Below are positions 60,197-64,000 of a stretch of 64,000 bases of DNA, one piece after another; the first letter of the stretch is position 1; each line of letters starts with the position of its first letter. A program made the translations under genes and the position numbers. The stretch covers positions 1,024,001 to 1,088,000 of the forward strand of contig OY759316.1 of assembly GCA_963662275.1 (NCBI GenBank), read 5' to 3'. Source of the stretch: Candidatus Cloacimonadales bacterium. Lineage in GTDB: Bacteria; Cloacimonadota; Cloacimonadia; Cloacimonadales; DAONDQ01. The notes beneath the pieces are model-generated. The model saw nothing but the letters and a program-made list of their open reading frames with translations. It had not been told where the DNA came from and did no database searches.

Positions 60197-60338
60197 TGAA
60201 GTCCGAATTTCCTACTACTTGAGAAGTCGTAATAGATTCGATGGAAATTTGAACTCCAAACTCTTAGCTTTCATGTAAAGTCCATTTGCCCTTTTAGTCA
60301 GGTATACAATGATAGTTTTTTAGGGCAATTGAACTCCA
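60197..60338 (-). repeat. Two tandem hairpin modules (62 + 63 nt)
   Basis: 60197-60258 and 60276-60338; same layout as 28062-28203. Confidence 0.8.
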
Positions 60339-60386
60339 AAGATCACCAGAACCCAAGAATGCAATCCTATGTAACAGGAGGAAGAA

Positions 60387-61607
60387 ATGAATTTTAAGAA
60401 AGCTGATTTAACAAAGGCAAGAAATCTGCTCAATCGTGCGGAGAAATTGGCAAAGAATAACGTAGCTATGGACGATATCGATATTGATTCTTTGTCTCAA
60501 GAGGATATCAATAAGGTTGTTCACGATTTGCAGGTGCACCAGATAGAGCTGGAACTGCAGAATGAGGAATTGCGGAATATTCAGTCAGAACTTGAAACAT
60601 CCCGCGCGATGTTTTTTGAACTATATAATATGGCTCCAGTGGGTTATATGACTTTAGATGATAATGGCTTTATCATGGAAGTTAACCTGACTTTCTGTAA
60701 TCTACTAGGCTACCAGCGCCAGGATATTATTCGAAAGCCCATTACTAATTATATCTTTTCCGATGACCAGGACATCTTTTATAAACACAAAAAGCAATTT
60801 CAGGATTTAGGCAAAATAGCTACATGTAAATTGAGAATGCTAGCCCACAATGGCAAAAAGTTTTATGTATGTATGGAAGCTACAAGAATCTATGACAAAG
60901 AAATAGATGAATTCGTCTACAATTGCGTTATCCGTGATATTTCAGAGGAAAAACATCATGAACAAATGCTGAATAAACAGTTTATTCTCATGCAGGCATT
61001 AATCAACAGTCCTAACGATATGATTTACTCTCTTGATAATGAATATCGTTATACTGCTTTTAACAAAAATCACAAAGAAGAAATGAGAAAAGACTGGCAA
61101 GCAGAGATTGAAATCGGTGAGAGTATTTTAGACTATATAAACATACCGGAATATGCAGAAAAAACAAAGCAAAGTATAGACAAGGTTCTGAAAGGAGTGA
61201 GATTCATCGAAGTTGTGCACCTGGTTAATCAGAACGTCTATTATGAGATGGACTGGAAACCTATTATTGATGGTACTTTAAAGATCGTCGGCGTAACCAG
61301 TATTGTTCGTGATATCACAGCACATAAAATTGCTGAAGAAATTATCCAAAATAATAATGTGGAAATTGAACGAAAAGTCAAAGACAGAACAATCGCATTA
61401 GAGCTTTCGACCAATGAGCTAAATACTTTCTCTTCCAATGTTGCTCACAATTTTACGAAGCCATTGCAACGAATTGACGAAATTTCTCTTATCTTACTTG
61501 AGGATGATAACGGTGTCTTAGATGCAGAAGACAAACTTTTAGTAGATGAAATCAGGGAAAATACCAATATCATGAAAAAACTTCTCATGACTCTTCCACA
61601 TTCGTAA
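60387..61607 (+). CDS. PAS-PAS-HisKA protein lacking the HATPase domain (paralog of 58214-59902)
   Basis: HDLQVHQIELELQNEEL, YRYTAFNKNHKEEMRK, VAHNFTKPL; no N/G boxes. Confidence 0.8.
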   Translation: MNFKKADLTKARNLLNRAEKLAKNNVAMDDIDIDSLSQEDINKVVHDLQVHQIELELQNEELRNIQSELETSRAMFFELYNMAPVGYMTLDDNGFIMEVNLTFCNLLGYQRQDIIRKPITNYIFSDDQDIFYKHKKQFQDLGKIATCKLRMLAHNGKKFYVCMEATRIYDKEIDEFVYNCVIRDISEEKHHEQMLNKQFILMQALINSPNDMIYSLDNEYRYTAFNKNHKEEMRKDWQAEIEIGESILDYINIPEYAEKTKQSIDKVLKGVRFIEVVHLVNQNVYYEMDWKPIIDGTLKIVGVTSIVRDITAHKIAEEIIQNNNVEIERKVKDRTIALELSTNELNTFSSNVAHNFTKPLQRIDEISLILLEDDNGVLDAEDKLLVDEIRENTNIMKKLLMTLPHS

Positions 61608-61675
61608 GACATCCACGTTGGGGTTCTCTACGATTTGTTTTTTTTGAATGAGACGCCTATGTTGGGCATCTTTAC
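61604..61675. repeat. Degenerate REP pair, GAGACGCCC family
   Basis: GTAAGACATCCACGTTGGGGTTCTCTAC and GAGACGCCTATGTTGGGCATCTTTAC. Confidence 0.6.
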
Positions 61676-61742
61676 ATGAAATAAAAATAATTAATCCAAT
61701 CCTTGACATCCAGATTATCATATTGATAAATATAACCTAGCC

Positions 61743-62264
61743 ATGGAGGATTTCATGATTGAAATTGTAAAAGGTGATATTACGAAGATGGTAATGGATG
61801 TTATCGTCAATGCTGCAAATTCATCTTTGCGTGGTGGAGGTGGTGTGGACGGAGCTATTCACAGGGTTGCAGGTCCATTATTGCTGGAAGAATGCCTGAA
61901 AATTGGACATTGCCCGGTCGGTGAAGCATGTTTAACACCCGGATTCAAATTACCTGCTCCACACGTGATTCACACTGTTGGTCCTGTTTGGCGTGATGGC
62001 TCTCATGGAGAAGATGACTTGCTTGCATCCTGCTATCGGAACAGTCTGAAAATCGCAAGTGAGCATGGTTTTGAGACAATTGCCTACCCGGCAATATCCA
62101 CAGGTGCTTTCGGTTTTCCGAAAACCCGTGCTGCCCAGATTGCTATTCGTGAGATAAAAAATCATACTTTACAGAGCAATTTCCCCAAATTCGTATATGT
62201 TGTCTGTTTTGATGAAGAAACATACAAGATTTATGATGAATTACTTTTGGATATCGAGCTATAG
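61743..62264 (+). CDS. Macro-domain protein (O-acetyl-ADP-ribose deacetylase, YmdB-like)
   Basis: GDIT, IVNAANSSLRGGGGVDGAIH, IHTVGP, PAISTGAFGFP. Confidence 0.93.
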   Translation: MEDFMIEIVKGDITKMVMDVIVNAANSSLRGGGGVDGAIHRVAGPLLLEECLKIGHCPVGEACLTPGFKLPAPHVIHTVGPVWRDGSHGEDDLLASCYRNSLKIASEHGFETIAYPAISTGAFGFPKTRAAQIAIREIKNHTLQSNFPKFVYVVCFDEETYKIYDELLLDIEL

Positions 62265-62338
62265 AATTTTTTACAGTTTCTATCTGATGAGAACAGTTAC
62301 ATATTTTCTCTTGATTTATTCGATTCGAAGGAGTTATT

Positions 62339-62974
62339 TTGCATAATATTAATCCTGATTTGCTTGAGTTCTTCTCCAAAAATTACAAACCTGGTATTAT
62401 AGGGATGGTCGGAACAAAAGATAAGATTGGGAATTCGATTCGTCGTGGGCAAAGTCGCATGATGAATGGAAAACCATCTCGATGGTCTCATTGTTTTATT
62501 ATGGGTAGGAAAAGGCTGGATTTGCGAAATTCCGTGGAGACACCTGTAGAAAGCATTTATATTTTTGAAAGCGATATTAAACTAAATATCGAACATATGC
62601 AGATTCGTAATGGAGCGCAGGAGAATTGGCTGGGGAAGTGGTGCGATGTAAAAGTAGAATATGCAGCGATTATCGACTTTGGGCTGAATTTATTCCAGGA
62701 GCAATTGGTTTTAGCAAGTGCTTTACAAATGATAGACGATGAAGTCATGTATCCTATCGGCGGTTTATTTCATACTTGGTTGGCAATCCAAATGCACAGG
62801 TTCGGTTTTAAAAACCCGCTTGCCGGATATCATGCCATGTTTTGCAGTGCTTATGCAAGACGCTGTTATCAGTCTGCCGGCGCAGATTTTCTCAGTTCAG
62901 AAGTCGATCTATTTAATACATCTCCTGAACATATTGCTCAGGCTGGCAAGAGTAAGATGATTCTTTGGAAGTAA
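62339..62974 (+). CDS. Permuted papain-like (YiiX/YebB-like) amidase-fold protein
   Basis: PG-I-I start motif, SRWSHC (His), late FCSAY (Cys), SPEHI; His-before-Cys order of permuted NlpC/P60. Confidence 0.6.
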   Translation: MHNINPDLLEFFSKNYKPGIIGMVGTKDKIGNSIRRGQSRMMNGKPSRWSHCFIMGRKRLDLRNSVETPVESIYIFESDIKLNIEHMQIRNGAQENWLGKWCDVKVEYAAIIDFGLNLFQEQLVLASALQMIDDEVMYPIGGLFHTWLAIQMHRFGFKNPLAGYHAMFCSAYARRCYQSAGADFLSSEVDLFNTSPEHIAQAGKSKMILWK

Positions 62975-62995
62975 CAATCATACCCGGAGGGCTTA

Positions 62996-63307
62996 ATGCT
63001 AGTCTTTCTAAGTGATCTGCATTTTGAAGATGCCACTGCTGGAAAACACAATATTAATTCAAAAGCCTTTGAAGGTTTTACTGATGATTTGAAAAAACTC
63101 AGCAAGAATGCAAAACATATCCATATCGTACTGCTTGGAGATATCTTCGATCTGAATCGTACAACAGCCTGGTTTGAAAAAGGTGCTGCTAAGCCTTGGA
63201 CATCCGATGATTTGTCCAATCCTGAAGTAGGAGTTGTTGCTGAAAAGATACTGGAGAATATCATTGATAAGAACAAAGACTCATTATCAATCTTAAATTT
63301 TACATAA
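62996..63307 (+). pseudogene. Truncated calcineurin-like metallophosphoesterase
   Basis: FLSDLH and LLGDIFD motifs present, ORF stops before the GNHD motif. Confidence 0.65.
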
Positions 63308-63447
63308 TTTCGAATTATTTTGAAATTCTCCCTCTATTTAGTCCTTAAATAAATTCCCTACAATCACTCTCTCTCCTAAAAACGCACTTTAAACCCACCT
63401 TTAGAATTAACATAAAACAATCGAAACACAAAAGAAACATAACCCAA

Positions 63448-63520
63448 ACAGCACCGCACATAGGAGCGGTTGTCCTGCGGTTGTGCTGCGGTGGTTCTGC
63501 GGTTCTGCTGCAGTTCTTTT
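63448..63520. repeat. 11-mer tandem repeats (GCGGTTGTGCT x5) with inverted partner
   Basis: Five units 63466-63520 preceded by ACAGCACCGCA. Confidence 0.7.
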
Positions 63521-63644
63521 TCAAGAGGATTACAAGATTCCGATTGCCTAACAAATTGTATATTATCAAGTGAGGTTAGTCTATTGTCGCTAATGCTGAA
63601 CTTCCCTGAAAAGTATTTTCGCTACTGATGATGAAAGCTCGAGA

Positions 63645-63787
63645 TGAAGTCCACATTTCCTAGTATTTGGGTATTCGTAAAAGATTCGAAGGAAATATGA
63701 ACTCCATGCTCTTGGTTTTCATGTAAAGTCCGCGATTCCTACAAATGATTAGGAGAATAGTTATACTAGAAGGAATTTTGAACTCCA
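63645..63787 (-). repeat. Two tandem hairpin modules (62 + 64 nt)
   Basis: 63645-63706 and 63724-63787; first module nearly identical to 28062-28123. Confidence 0.8.
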
Positions 63788-63867
63788 GTATGCTTATCTG
63801 GACTTTTTTTCCTCAGAGTCTTATTTATCAATTCTGATTCTATTCAACTAAATTGATACGGTTAAAT

Positions 63868-64000
63868 TTAAAACAAATAACCTTCTTCCTCTTCTTTTGC
63901 TTTTAAGGAAGGTTTTTTATAAGGCTCTATGACGTTTGGAGGTAATACGACTCTAATTTGCTCTGCGAATAAATCTTGTACCGTTAATAATTGTATTTTA
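63868..64000 (-). CDS. C-terminal end of a gene entering from the right, possibly a DNA methyltransferase/restriction-endonuclease fusion
   Basis: Manual translation KIQLLTVQDLFAEQIRVVLPP...EEEEGYLF*; KIQ-x-L-T-V-x-D-L resembles the C-terminus of such fusions. Confidence 0.45.
   Translation of the reverse strand, partial: KIQLLTVQDLFAEQIRVVLPPNVIEPYKKPSLKAKEEEEGYLF

Overview
AT-rich bacterial chromosomal window. The gene content (secreted proteins with FlgD-Ig/T9SS-like C-terminal tails, hydG, multi-PAS kinases) is most consistent with an anaerobe such as Candidatus Cloacimonadota; this is an inference. It carries housekeeping genes (sugar ABC permeases, argF, hflX, mscS, an aminotransferase, the AmmeMemoRadiSam A/B pair), six tRNAs and a ~19 kb PAS histidine-kinase/CheBR cluster. 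Mobile DNA comprises a complete IS21-family element, an IS256/Mutator-like element splitting cheBR, and two REP-associated HUH tyrosine transposases (RAYT/TnpA-REP). The non-coding DNA is the most unusual part. (1) One RAYT is flanked by 104-bp direct repeats of GTAA-type REP hairpins and followed by a 16 x 95-bp tandem REP array. (2) The second RAYT carries its own REP doublet in-frame inside its coding sequence. (3) An unrecognised dispersed family of 11 fixed-length (62-64 nt) hairpin modules shows covarying stems and strand-specific G-T pairing. (4) A PEGA/FGE-type gene ends in what looks like a diversity-generating-retroelement variable region, with no template or RT in the window. (5) A candidate attenuator/riboswitch precedes the TM1266-hydG genes. 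All calls are by eye from the sequence and ORF track; no searches were run.
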